Source: a virus
Lineage: Duplodnaviria; Caudoviricetes
DNA length: 62,421 nucleotides
Virus record (IMG/VR): IMGVR_UViG_3300035665_000031
Span: 1 to 62,421 of that record
Strand: one strand, 5' to 3'
Numbering within the stretch: position 1 is the stretch's first letter; each line of letters opens with the position of its first letter. The notes under the pieces are model-generated. The model was given only the letters and a program-made list of their open reading frames with translations, was not told the DNA's origin and searched no databases. Made by a program: the position numbers and the translations under genes. Shown in pieces: positions 29,308 through 37,948 of the stretch.

Positions 29308-29553
29308 TTATGATTTATTTAATTCTCTATCTATAACTTTACCAAAATGTTCCCAATAAAATTCAGCACTATCTTGTTGTCTTAACAATCTATCATCATC
29401 AATGAGTTTGAAAAGTTGTCCAAAATCTGCTTTACATTCTAATGTTTTATTGTCTTTTTTTACCAATAAAGTATCTCCATTCTTTTCAAATGAACATTTT
29501 GGTAAAAGTTTTCTGAGAATTTCTAATCCTCGTTCATCAAATTCATTTTTCAT
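29308..29553 (-). CDS. Cassette-borne hypothetical protein
   Basis: ORF fills cassette. Confidence 0.7.
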   Translation of the reverse strand: MKNEFDERGLEILRKLLPKCSFEKNGDTLLVKKDNKTLECKADFGQLFKLIDDDRLLRQQDSAEFYWEHFGKVIDRELNKS

Positions 29554-29638
29554 ATTGTATAATTTTTGTTTTACATACTTATAACAAAGTGTAAAAAACA
29601 TTAAAACGATTTTTTACACCCAACCGTTATAACCAATA

Positions 29639-29941
29639 CTACATTTGCGTTTCAAATTTATCTGGATATGCAGTTTTTATAATATTGTAAACAAACTCAT
29701 TTGCTATCATTTCACCATAAGGAGAACAAGCAATATCTTCTGCAAAATCATTGTAACTTAAAAATGTTTTTACACCCATAATTTCAATATCAACCCCAAT
29801 TTTTCCAGCTTTAGCATCTTCTGTTGGTTCTAATCTATACATTTCGGTACTAATTAACTTTACATCAGTTCCACAAAAACATTTTTTCATCACCTCAATT
29901 GCTCCATAAACTATTGGTGAAATTTCTTTATTTGTTTCCAT
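29639..29941 (-). CDS. Cassette-borne hypothetical protein
   Basis: ORF fills cassette. Confidence 0.7.
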   Translation of the reverse strand: METNKEISPIVYGAIEVMKKCFCGTDVKLISTEMYRLEPTEDAKAGKIGVDIEIMGVKTFLSYNDFAEDIACSPYGEMIANEFVYNIIKTAYPDKFETQM

Positions 29942-30090
29942 ATTTTTATTTGTTTTTCAATTTAAGTTTTTTATTAAATAAACCGTACTGGTTATAACAA
30001 GGTGTATAAGAAAGTTTGCTATAAAGTTTAGTAGTAATTTGAAAGTTCATCTAAGCAAACCTTCTCATACACCCAACCGTTATGTGTAAT

Positions 30091-30312
30091 TTATACTTGA
30101 CCTCCAGTAATCATAAAATAATTATCAACAATCTTCTTACCACCTTCTATATCAGTATTGAATCTATGACCAACCAATTCATATGTTTTATCAGTTAGTT
30201 CCATATGACAATCGCAGTTGAAGTGTTGGTGGTTCATATCCCACGCTTTAGGTACTACCTTTAATGTTCTCATAATTATTTTATGAATATCCAGCATTTC
30301 ACTTTGTTCCAT
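30091..30312 (-). CDS. Cassette-borne hypothetical protein
   Basis: ORF fills cassette. Confidence 0.7.
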   Translation of the reverse strand: MEQSEMLDIHKIIMRTLKVVPKAWDMNHQHFNCDCHMELTDKTYELVGHRFNTDIEGGKKIVDNYFMITGGQV

Positions 30313-30404
30313 ATTTCAATTTAATTTTAAGTTTGATAAACCACACATAACAAATGATAAACAACATTAAAACGATTGTTTATCATCAGACGTTATAACC
30401 AATA

Positions 30405-30713
30405 CTACTTTAGTTCTTCGATTTTAGTTTCGTTTGGAAACTTTTTAAAATCATATCGAACACTATATAATATGTCCTCAAACCAATCATCTTTGTTTGA
30501 ACCATTAACTATTTTATCTTTCCAAGATTTTATTTCATATAAATAAATTACATCTGGATTAACTCGTTCAATTTCTTTAAACCATAACTTCATACCACCA
30601 TCGCCTTCTCTATACATTGAAGTTTTGACACACCATTTTTCATTAGGATATTGTACTTCTTCTGGTTTAGTATTTTCATCTTGTAGTGGTCGTTTCACTA
30701 ATTTAATTTCCAT
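30405..30713 (-). CDS. Cassette-borne hypothetical protein
   Basis: ORF fills cassette. Confidence 0.7.
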   Translation of the reverse strand: MEIKLVKRPLQDENTKPEEVQYPNEKWCVKTSMYREGDGGMKLWFKEIERVNPDVIYLYEIKSWKDKIVNGSNKDDWFEDILYSVRYDFKKFPNETKIEELK

Positions 30714-30832
30714 AATTTAAAAAGTTTTATTTTGTTTTAAATTTAAGTTCCTACTAATTTTACCGTACTGGTTATAACAGTAAATATATTGCATTAAAAC
30801 GACAATATATTTGCAAACGTTATAACCAATTG

Positions 30833-31069
30833 TTAATCAAACTCTGGTTCATTATATATACCTCCATAATATTCTGTTCCACATTTATCAGAACAAAAAA
30901 TTTCATCATAATCACCGCTTTCAATCATTATCCAAGTTTCAAATTCTTCACCGCATTTAACGCAAGAATTTTTTGTTCTTTCACGTAAACAACTGGTTAT
31001 AACATCAGATATACGCAATTCTTTTTCTGCGTTGTCTGATACATTTTCTTCGTTTTTTAGTTTTTCCAT
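30833..31069 (-). CDS. Cassette-borne Zn-finger-like protein, start inside attC loop
   Basis: CVKC...FCSDKC; ELRISDVITS from hairpin arm. Confidence 0.7.
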   Translation of the reverse strand: MEKLKNEENVSDNAEKELRISDVITSCLRERTKNSCVKCGEEFETWIMIESGDYDEIFCSDKCGTEYYGGIYNEPEFD

Positions 31070-31118
31070 ATCTATTAAGTTTGTGTTAGAACTGCGTATA
31101 TCTGAGAACCGTTATGTG

Positions 31119-31346
31119 TCATTTTAGACGAGCATACCATTTCAATCTATCATCATTACCAATTTCAACCAATTCAAACTTAACATTACAATTTTCTAAT
31201 ATTTTCCAAGGGTGAAAATTAAAACTCAAAGGGTCTATTGGTAATTCACCATTTCTATTACCAGTTAAATTTGAATTATCACACTTTACAACCCAATAAG
31301 GTTCAATGTTGAAATTGGTTGATTTAATTAAAGTTCCTGTTTCCAT
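31119..31346 (-). CDS. Cassette-borne hypothetical protein
   Basis: ORF fills cassette. Confidence 0.65.
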   Translation of the reverse strand: METGTLIKSTNFNIEPYWVVKCDNSNLTGNRNGELPIDPLSFNFHPWKILENCNVKFELVEIGNDDRLKWYARLK

Positions 31347-31491
31347 ATTAATTTGAATTAAAAACGACACATAACAAGGTGTATATGTAATGTGAGGTTC
31401 AGTGGTTTATCAAAGTTTATCATTCTAATCATCATTTGTGGTTAAGCCAAGTGTAGTGTTTCAAATCTCACACTACATATAGACCCAACCG

Positions 31492-31829
31492 TTAGCTGCA
31501 AGTGCTAAAAGCATCATACAACTTTTTGGCTTTATCTCCACAAATACCAACTACTTTTTCAGCTGCTTCTTGTGCTGACAATCCTTCGCCCAAAAACTTA
31601 GTATCAAATCCAAGTTCATAGCAATGAAAAACCCAAGAAGGTTTATAATCACGGTGTCCACAAGTAATTGTTATTCTACATTCACCAACATTTGTACTAA
31701 AACCAGTTGGTATTTTTCTTTAGAATCTCTACTATATGAAGTGGTATCTTTCCAAACCACACCAGCAGCTAACAGTACCTTTGCAAAGGTAAGGCAGCTT
31801 TCTTGTAATTTTGATAGTTCTCGTTCCAT
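31492..31829 (-). pseudogene. Frameshifted cassette gene
   Basis: MERELSK...SRDSKEK then a one-base loss in an A run near 31715; the other frame runs IPTGFST...LYDAFSTCS to TAA at the GTTA core. Confidence 0.65.
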
Positions 31830-31840
31830 TTGATTTTAAT

Positions 31841-32110
31841 TTATTGTGCGAATTTTATGGCACCTTTTAAGGTTTTATATTCTTTTTCAGTTTTACCACC
31901 CCAATCTCTAACCCTCCAAAGTGTGTCATCTTTTTCACAATCACCATAACTGATTCTTTTACCCGTATCTATAGCTTCAAGCCATAAACCTTCATTATAA
32001 AGCATATCACCAATTTCATCTTCATGTTTAGTTGAAATCATTTCTATCATTTCTGATGTTAAAGTCTTACCTTTATGTAGTGAAAGCCATTTTTTAAAAT
32101 CTTGCTTCAT
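31841..32110 (-). CDS. Hypothetical protein
   Basis: ORF track; TAnnTTTG box upstream. Confidence 0.7.
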   Translation of the reverse strand: MKQDFKKWLSLHKGKTLTSEMIEMISTKHEDEIGDMLYNEGLWLEAIDTGKRISYGDCEKDDTLWRVRDWGGKTEKEYKTLKGAIKFAQ

Positions 32111-32235
32111 TTTACCTAATTTTAAATTCCCCACAAATATACAACAATAATTTTTAATAACCTAATTTTTAAACAAAAAAAAATGGGTGAACATATGTTC
32201 ACCCATCCTGGAATCCTACCTCGTAAAATTAAATA

Positions 32236-32478
32236 CTAGATTGTTGAGTTGTAAACCTTCAACGCTCTGTTAAAAGCACGATAAGTTTCACGGTTGATGT
32301 TACGTTTAGAGTAATTATCTTCTAAACGTTGCTTGATGTCAGAAACGAAGTTACGACTCTTGTTATGTTGTCTTGATGCTTCAGATAACGAAATACGTTC
32401 CTTAGTTGCTGTTTCGATTACTCTAATTCCAGTTTCAACACTAGACTGAGATTTTGGGTTTGTAGATGCTGTTCTCAT
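32236..32478 (-). CDS. Small basic protein
   Basis: ORF with its own terminator hairpin at about 32175-32205. Confidence 0.7.
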   Translation of the reverse strand: MRTASTNPKSQSSVETGIRVIETATKERISLSEASRQHNKSRNFVSDIKQRLEDNYSKRNINRETYRAFNRALKVYNSTI

Positions 32479-32539
32479 AATTTTTTTATACAAACTTACT
32501 AACAATATTTGTAACATTATCACAAAATATGTTAAAATA

Positions 32540-32827
32540 TTATGCTGTGCCCTTTATGAAATTATGGAATTTATTGATTATAGCGTCTAATGACTTGGCT
32601 GTATTATATGCCCTATGTGTGTTAGTGACATATGTTATGTCACCATTTTTATTTTTAGATTTCCACACAGCTGATTGTTCTTTGCCATTAACACCATTAT
32701 GCCAAACAGCTTTCTTTTTAAAAACAATATCACGTTCTTCGTCAGTTAATGGAATCTCATTGTCTTTTAATTTCTCAATTTCAGATTTACCTTCAAATAT
32801 CATATTAAATATATCACTTATTTTCAT
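32540..32827 (-). CDS. Hypothetical protein
   Basis: ORF track. Confidence 0.7.
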   Translation of the reverse strand: MKISDIFNMIFEGKSEIEKLKDNEIPLTDEERDIVFKKKAVWHNGVNGKEQSAVWKSKNKNGDITYVTNTHRAYNTAKSLDAIINKFHNFIKGTA

Positions 32828-33126
32828 TTTAATTGGTTTAGTATTTTATTCTTATTGATATGCTTGATTAAGACATCCCCATGACATGAATTAGGCTTAC
32901 AAACACAACCTAATCTTTTCCCTTCCAATTCATGCAAACAAGACATCAAATATGGATTACCCAATAAATATTCTTCATACTTGATTATAGCTTCCTCTCT
33001 TGAATCAACAATAAATTTAGCATTTGTAACTCCAGATTTAATATGAGTGAATGGGTTACCCCATTTGGATGGTCTACATATCAACACATCATATGGTTCA
33101 TGTTTTATGTTTACAACAGTTGTCAA
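32824..33126 (-). CDS. DUF4326 family protein
   Basis: RPSKWGNPF, LGCVCKP..CHGDVL. Confidence 0.85.
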   Translation of the reverse strand: MTTVVNIKHEPYDVLICRPSKWGNPFTHIKSGVTNAKFIVDSREEAIIKYEEYLLGNPYLMSCLHELEGKRLGCVCKPNSCHGDVLIKHINKNKILNQLK

Positions 33127-34079
33127 TTAATTGGGGTTATGTCTAATGAACTAATATTTGAATCCGTACCACCCTTGGCGAATTTAACCTTATAATACTT
33201 TCCATCCCCATTTATTTTTTTTAACATAGAGTCTTTCCAGTATTTAACAAATGCATCACTCATCTTATCGGTTATTTTAAAGTCTGAATTATTCTTAACC
33301 CACTCTATATGTTGTGGTGATATATCTCTGATATCAATAATAACCCCTTTGGTTCCCTTGTTTATTGAAACCCTAACATCCCGTTGAGGTTCGCTTGAAT
33401 CAGCTGAATAATGATTTGTTGGTGTTAAAATATCATTATTTAATATTACCTTAGAACCAACCATCAACCCACTAGCTTCTGAATCATCTTTCAAATAAAT
33501 ATTGTTAGTATCAAAAACACATATCTGATTTCCATCTAATAATCTACCAGTAACTGAACGACCAGTAAATAAAACAGCATCATATTTCGCTTTTAAGCTA
33601 TCTGTTAAATTAATTGTAGCTTGTATTCTACCAGGTTCACCTGATTTAGCTAATTCTAGGTCATAACCATTATCAACCCACCATTGCATCATCTTTTTGG
33701 GTGATGCAAAATTAATGGTTTCCAATCGTGGAACATTCAAATAAAACTCTTTTAAATTTTTTGTTGTATCACCATTAAATTTTTTAGCTATAGCTTTTAC
33801 TGTTGTAAAATATATTCCATAACCTAAATGATGTATTGGTGGTGGTGGACCCATTGGATAATATGGGTTTGGTGGGTAACCATGCTTAACAGAACCACTT
33901 CTGGGTGAATCGATGAATATCTTGAAACCATCGGATTGAATCAGATTATGTCTATCGGAATCTGTACCATGATAGACTGGACCAAATAAGTTATCTTGTT
34001 TTGCTGTATGTGTTGATACCTTATTAAGTGTCTCATTAAATAAAGCCTCATGTAAAAATTGTTTGATTAATTCACTCAT
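33123..34079 (-). CDS. Putative ADP-ribosyltransferase-fold protein
   Basis: VYHGT...GYGIYFT...QICVFD. Confidence 0.6.
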   Translation of the reverse strand: MSELIKQFLHEALFNETLNKVSTHTAKQDNLFGPVYHGTDSDRHNLIQSDGFKIFIDSPRSGSVKHGYPPNPYYPMGPPPPIHHLGYGIYFTTVKAIAKKFNGDTTKNLKEFYLNVPRLETINFASPKKMMQWWVDNGYDLELAKSGEPGRIQATINLTDSLKAKYDAVLFTGRSVTGRLLDGNQICVFDTNNIYLKDDSEASGLMVGSKVILNNDILTPTNHYSADSSEPQRDVRVSINKGTKGVIIDIRDISPQHIEWVKNNSDFKITDKMSDAFVKYWKDSMLKKINGDGKYYKVKFAKGGTDSNISSLDITPIN

Positions 34080-34094
34080 ACTAATAAATATGAG

Positions 34095-34475
34095 TTACTT
34101 AATCAATCCTTGACTTTTTAATAAGTCTTCAACTGTATACCAATCCACATATGGTCTTTCATTATCTGTATGAATCAACGGACACCCTAATGCAGCATCA
34201 TCAATATAAAGGCTACAATAACATTTAGGACTTGTTGTCCAGGTATGTTGTGTTGGGTTTGTTTGAACCCCATAAAGAGGTATTTCATTATCTTTAAACC
34301 AATTAACGGCATCACTCAAATAATCACCACTTCTCATGGTAAATAAAATTAATTGGTGACCATTTTCTATTAACTTCTTTAGTGTGGGTACCGCACCTAT
34401 TATATCTCTTCCTACTTTAGGATACTCATGTGTGACACATGTACCATCAAAATCAATTCCAATTGTGTATTTCAT
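34095..34475 (-). CDS. HAD-family phosphatase (BT0820-like)
   Basis: IDFDGT, LFTMR, YIDD. Confidence 0.85.
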   Translation of the reverse strand: MKYTIGIDFDGTCVTHEYPKVGRDIIGAVPTLKKLIENGHQLILFTMRSGDYLSDAVNWFKDNEIPLYGVQTNPTQHTWTTSPKCYCSLYIDDAALGCPLIHTDNERPYVDWYTVEDLLKSQGLIK

Positions 34476-34530
34476 ATATTTTTTTTACAAATATACTAAA
34501 TAATTTTAATTTTGTAAAAGTGTTGACATG

Positions 34531-34629
34531 TGATTAGGGTTGGACTTGAACCAACAACTGATGTGTCTCTCTGCGTACATCAACGCTACAGTTGCGACCT
34601 GTTCTTGGGTTTATATTCCACTCCTAATC
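34531..34629 (-). ncRNA. Aberrant tRNA-like RNA
   Basis: gattagg/cctaatc acceptor and gttgg-TTCAAGT-ccaac T arm; enlarged D region and oversized anticodon loop. Confidence 0.55.
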
Positions 34630-34817
34630 AAAATAATCACCCAAAACCCTAGATTGGTTATTAACAGTGATTCGGATATCTAGTAGTAGCACATTCACTC
34701 AAATACGTTTTTTAAATGAAATTATGTGTTCGTTAAGGTTACTAGAGTCTATTAGTCTTTGTTTGCCTTTGACTACTGGTTATTTCGATATCGTTTTTTA
34801 CAAATATACTAAATATA

Positions 34818-35555
34818 TTAATCATCTAAATATTTTTGAATATTATCTTCATAAGATTTAACCCATTTTCTTATTGCGTTATCACTAACACCATATTTTC
34901 TACTAAGTGAAAGATAACTATTATTTTTTAAATCATTAATTAATTCTTCATATGTTGGTCTATTAACTCTACGTTGTTTTAATGCTCTATCAATTTCTTT
35001 TTGTGTTTGAACTCTAGGTTGTTTAATTAATGGAGGTAGGTTTTTATTTAACTCAATTAATTTTAATTTATTCTGATGAATTTTAGTGTTCTTCCCACAA
35101 TAATTATGGGTTAATGCGTGACAATTAGGACATAATATTTGTATATTTTTTAAATTATTATCAAATCTATCACCATTTATGTGGTGTAATTCTAGTGGTA
35201 TTGGTTTATCAGCCCAAATATATAATTTGCAATTCTCACATTTATGTTCTTTATAACCCTCTCTAATTAAACGAATTCGTAAATTATTTGATGAAATATA
35301 TTTAACTTTATTTGTTAAAATATCTTCCATTTTAATTCTAAAATTAAATGTCTCTTTTCTACCCAACTTGGTTCCGAGTGACCATTTATGTCCAAGAAAA
35401 TGTGATATGTCTATATTAAATGATTTCAATCTTTTCTTTAAAGTCATAAAATTACTACCACATATAACTATATTTAGTTTACGACAAACATCAGATATTG
35501 TTTTTGAATCACTAACCGCTTTTTTTAATTCTTCTTCTGTAAATTTATATTTCAT
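34818..35555 (-). CDS. HNH endonuclease with C-terminal HTH (probable homing endonuclease)
   Basis: CENC, LELHHINGD, NIQILCPNCH; directly after tRNA-Leu. Confidence 0.9.
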   Translation of the reverse strand: MKYKFTEEELKKAVSDSKTISDVCRKLNIVICGSNFMTLKKRLKSFNIDISHFLGHKWSLGTKLGRKETFNFRIKMEDILTNKVKYISSNNLRIRLIREGYKEHKCENCKLYIWADKPIPLELHHINGDRFDNNLKNIQILCPNCHALTHNYCGKNTKIHQNKLKLIELNKNLPPLIKQPRVQTQKEIDRALKQRRVNRPTYEELINDLKNNSYLSLSRKYGVSDNAIRKWVKSYEDNIQKYLDD

Positions 35556-35559
35556 ATTG

Positions 35560-35632
35560 TACTCTTAGAGAGATTCGAACTCTCAAACACGGGTTCTAAA
35601 GCCGTGACGGTTACCAATTACGTCATAAGAGC
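35560..35632 (-). tRNA. tRNA-Leu(TAG), no long variable arm
   Basis: gctctta/taagagt acceptor, TTTAGAA loop, gagag-TTCGAAT-ctctc. Confidence 0.75.
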
Positions 35633-35682
35633 ATGTTAATCTGTCCAACCATTACATCAGACGGATTTTTATTTATTAAAGG

Positions 35683-35771
35683 TGGGCCTTGAGGGGGTCG
35701 AACCCTCACCCTACTATTACTTCAGAACACTGTTTAAGAGTGTCGTGTACTGCCAATTTCACCAAAGGCCC
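35683..35771 (-). tRNA. tRNA-Leu(TAA)
   Basis: gggcctt/aaggccc acceptor, acact-CTTAAAC-agtgt arm, long variable region. Confidence 0.88.
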
Positions 35772-35780
35772 ATTTTATCT

Positions 35781-35984
35781 TTACACCAAAAAATGTCTCA
35801 ATTTTGAATTATTCATTTCTTTTTGTTCTTTTATTTTTGTGGTTAATTCATCAATAATATTAGTATAGAGTTCTTCTCTATCACTATTGATATTTTTCTC
35901 ACACTCTGGGTGTAAGGTATAGATTTTATCTACCACCTTAACCAGCCCAGTTATTTCTTTATTGCAATATTCACACGTAAACAT
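35781..35984 (-). CDS. Small Zn-binding hypothetical protein within tRNA cluster
   Basis: CEYC...HPEC. Confidence 0.6.
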   Translation of the reverse strand: MFTCEYCNKEITGLVKVVDKIYTLHPECEKNINSDREELYTNIIDELTTKIKEQKEMNNSKLRHFLV

Positions 35985-36000
35985 AATTTCTTTTTTTTAG

Positions 36001-36073
36001 TACCGCTAAATGGAATCCAACCATTGTATCTACTTTGTAAGAGTAGTGTTCTGAAGCACTGAACTATAGCGGC
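36001..36073 (-). tRNA. tRNA-Val(TAC), divergent D and T loops
   Basis: gccgcta/tagcggt acceptor, ctact-CTTACAA-agtag arm. Confidence 0.75.
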
Positions 36074-36090
36074 ATATTTTTTATTTCCAG

Positions 36091-36161
36091 AGCGTGGTGA
36101 TGGACTCAAACCATCATACCATGTTTTGCAGACATGTCCCTAATCTTTCGGGCAACCAGGC
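36091..36161 (-). tRNA. tRNA-Cys(GCA)
   Basis: catgt-CTGCAAA-acatg arm, U73 discriminator. Confidence 0.82.
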
Positions 36162-36169
36162 TTATAATG

Positions 36170-36205
36170 AAAAAACCCTCAGATTTTTAACGTCTGAGGG
36201 TTTTT
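36170..36205 (-). terminator. Attenuator-like terminator ahead of tRNA cluster 2
   Basis: aaaaaccctcaga/tctgagggttttt stem with U run, about 8 nt before tRNA-Cys. Confidence 0.8.
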
Positions 36206-36225
36206 AAATATTCTTTAAAGTTAAT

Positions 36226-36297
36226 TTAAACGCACAGACAACCATTACCTAATAATAGGCATAACACTAGGACTAATATGTTGTTTGATGTTCTCAT
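36226..36297 (-). CDS. Leader peptide 2 (MRTSNNILVLVLCLLLGNGCLCV)
   Basis: Hand translation; 13 of last 16 codons are Leu/Val/Cys, matching downstream tRNAs. Confidence 0.75.
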   Translation of the reverse strand: MRTSNNILVLVLCLLLGNGCLCV

Positions 36298-36506
36298 TTC
36301 TTTTTGTTTAATAAATATATGCAAAGATACTACTTATTTATGATATAGCAATACTTTATTTATATTTATTTCTTATTTTGTTGATTATCAACTGATTATT
36401 TTTAATATATGATATGAAATATCGTATATATTACTAATAAATGTTGTATATGCGATATAAATTGTTGGATATACGATATGAATTATCGTCAATAAGTAAG
36501 TTATAA
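36275..36506. repeat. About 230-bp duplicated module (leader start, promoter, attI-like site), second copy near 13259-13489
   Basis: Long identical blocks, e.g. tgttctcatttctttttgtttaataaatatatgcaaagatac and ttgattatcaactgattatttttaatatatgatatgaaatatcgtatatattactaata. Confidence 0.9.
36441..36506 (+). mobile_element. attI-like site heading array 4
   Basis: Same direct repeats and AATAAGTAAGTTAT core as 13424 and 28027. Confidence 0.75.
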
Positions 36507-36532
36507 GTAATATTATTTTTGTTTTGAATTAG

Positions 36533-36772
36533 TTAAATATCACTTTCTGGATTATGTAGATATTCATTAGGAAATTCTATAATGAAAAGTTTTCTTATTT
36601 TTTTATATGGATATTTAACTAATTCTTTCATATCATATTTTCCTAACTTTTCCAATTTTTGAATATGGTACATCCTAACCATCATTTTTCTAAATCCTAT
36701 TTTTCTTTTTTTAACTAAATGTCTTAATATTTTCCATTTACATTTAATTGACATTTTTTTAATTAACCACAT
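36533..36772 (-). CDS. Cassette-borne basic hypothetical protein
   Basis: ORF fills cassette. Confidence 0.65.
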   Translation of the reverse strand: MWLIKKMSIKCKWKILRHLVKKRKIGFRKMMVRMYHIQKLEKLGKYDMKELVKYPYKKIRKLFIIEFPNEYLHNPESDI

Positions 36773-36905
36773 ATTTAATTTTTTATAAGGTAAAACAAAA
36801 ATAATACATACTTATAACAACAAATATAAGGAATAAATTTTGATTTATGTATTTTTATAGGTAAAATTTACTTCTCATATTTGCAACCGTTATAAACAAT
36901 AAAAA

Positions 36906-37091
36906 TTATTCATTAGGCATCAGGTCTTTTTTGATAATTTCTACCATGTCATCAAATGAAATTTTTCGTTCATCTGCTTGTTGCTGTATAAATTCTTCAC
37001 TTAGGTGAATATAATTGGCATTCGATTTTCTATTTTTAGAAATTTCATTTGATGCCTTAATCAACTTTTCTATTAACTTTTTCTGTTCCAT
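36906..37091 (-). CDS. Cassette-borne hypothetical protein
   Basis: ORF fills cassette. Confidence 0.7.
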   Translation of the reverse strand: MEQKKLIEKLIKASNEISKNRKSNANYIHLSEEFIQQQADERKISFDDMVEIIKKDLMPNE

Positions 37092-37190
37092 AATTTTTAC
37101 AGTTTATAACAAGGTATATGTGAAATACCTCATAAAGTTTCTACTAATTATTTAAGTTTCGTGGTAAGGTACTTCACATATACCCAACCG

Positions 37191-37403
37191 TTATGTGCTA
37201 TGCTGTGCGACAAACAAATCATAGACCTCCATCGTTGTAAATCCTTTAGTGCCGTAAAATTCGCTTTTGTCATACCATAACTGCATATGCGGTGATTTCC
37301 AAAAGTGAGTATGTAAGTTTACCCAATCAAGAAAAGCACAGCACATAACAGCCGTTTGCTGCAATGGCGGGGTTTGTGGTGTATTCAAGTTTTCGTGTTC
37401 CAT
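37191..37403 (-). CDS. Cassette-borne hypothetical protein, start inside attC loop and stop at GTTA core
   Basis: PPLQQTAVMCC from hairpin arm. Confidence 0.7.
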   Translation of the reverse strand: MEHENLNTPQTPPLQQTAVMCCAFLDWVNLHTHFWKSPHMQLWYDKSEFYGTKGFTTMEVYDLFVAQHST

Positions 37404-37481
37404 TTTACATTTATTTTAGTTTGACAATTTTGTATTCCAAAGCCGCCACTGACAGCAAGCGGCAAAACGTTATGTGTAATA

Positions 37482-37748
37482 CTACTTTTGTTCTTCGATT
37501 TTAGTTTCCGTGTTAGAACTTTTTAAAAATCTGTTGTATAAATTTTCATCTTTTCCACACCAATATACAAATTCTAAAAACGTGTAGTGTCTATGTGGAT
37601 GTGGATGAACAACAGACCTACCCATCATAATATACCACCTATTTGTATATAGTTCTGTTTCTCTATTCACACCACTACACTCCGCTTTCGGTAGTTTTAA
37701 ATACTCTTCATACCCAAGTTTAAGTTTTTCTTCAAATTTATTTTCCAT
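37482..37748 (-). CDS. Cassette-borne hypothetical protein
   Basis: ORF fills cassette. Confidence 0.7.
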   Translation of the reverse strand: MENKFEEKLKLGYEEYLKLPKAECSGVNRETELYTNRWYIMMGRSVVHPHPHRHYTFLEFVYWCGKDENLYNRFLKSSNTETKIEEQK

Positions 37749-37948
37749 AATTTTATTTTTAAAAAGTTCTTATTCGTTTTCTAATTAAATTTCTACTAAA
37801 TTAACCGTACTACACATAACAAGGTGTATATGTAATGGTGGTTTCATCTGTAATTCAACATTAGTGGTTTCTATGAAGTTCGTTGGTTAATCAAAGTTCA
37901 GTTCTTTCTATCCACCACTACATATACACCCAACCGTTATCGGCAACC

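Larger units (their letters stand above)
28086..31830 (+). mobile_element. Integron-like cassette array 3
   Basis: attC-like sites 28766-28859, 29161-29292, 29579-29632, 29992-30085, 30345-30398, 30772-30825, 30997-31117, 31369-31497; lone left arm at 31767. Confidence 0.88.
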
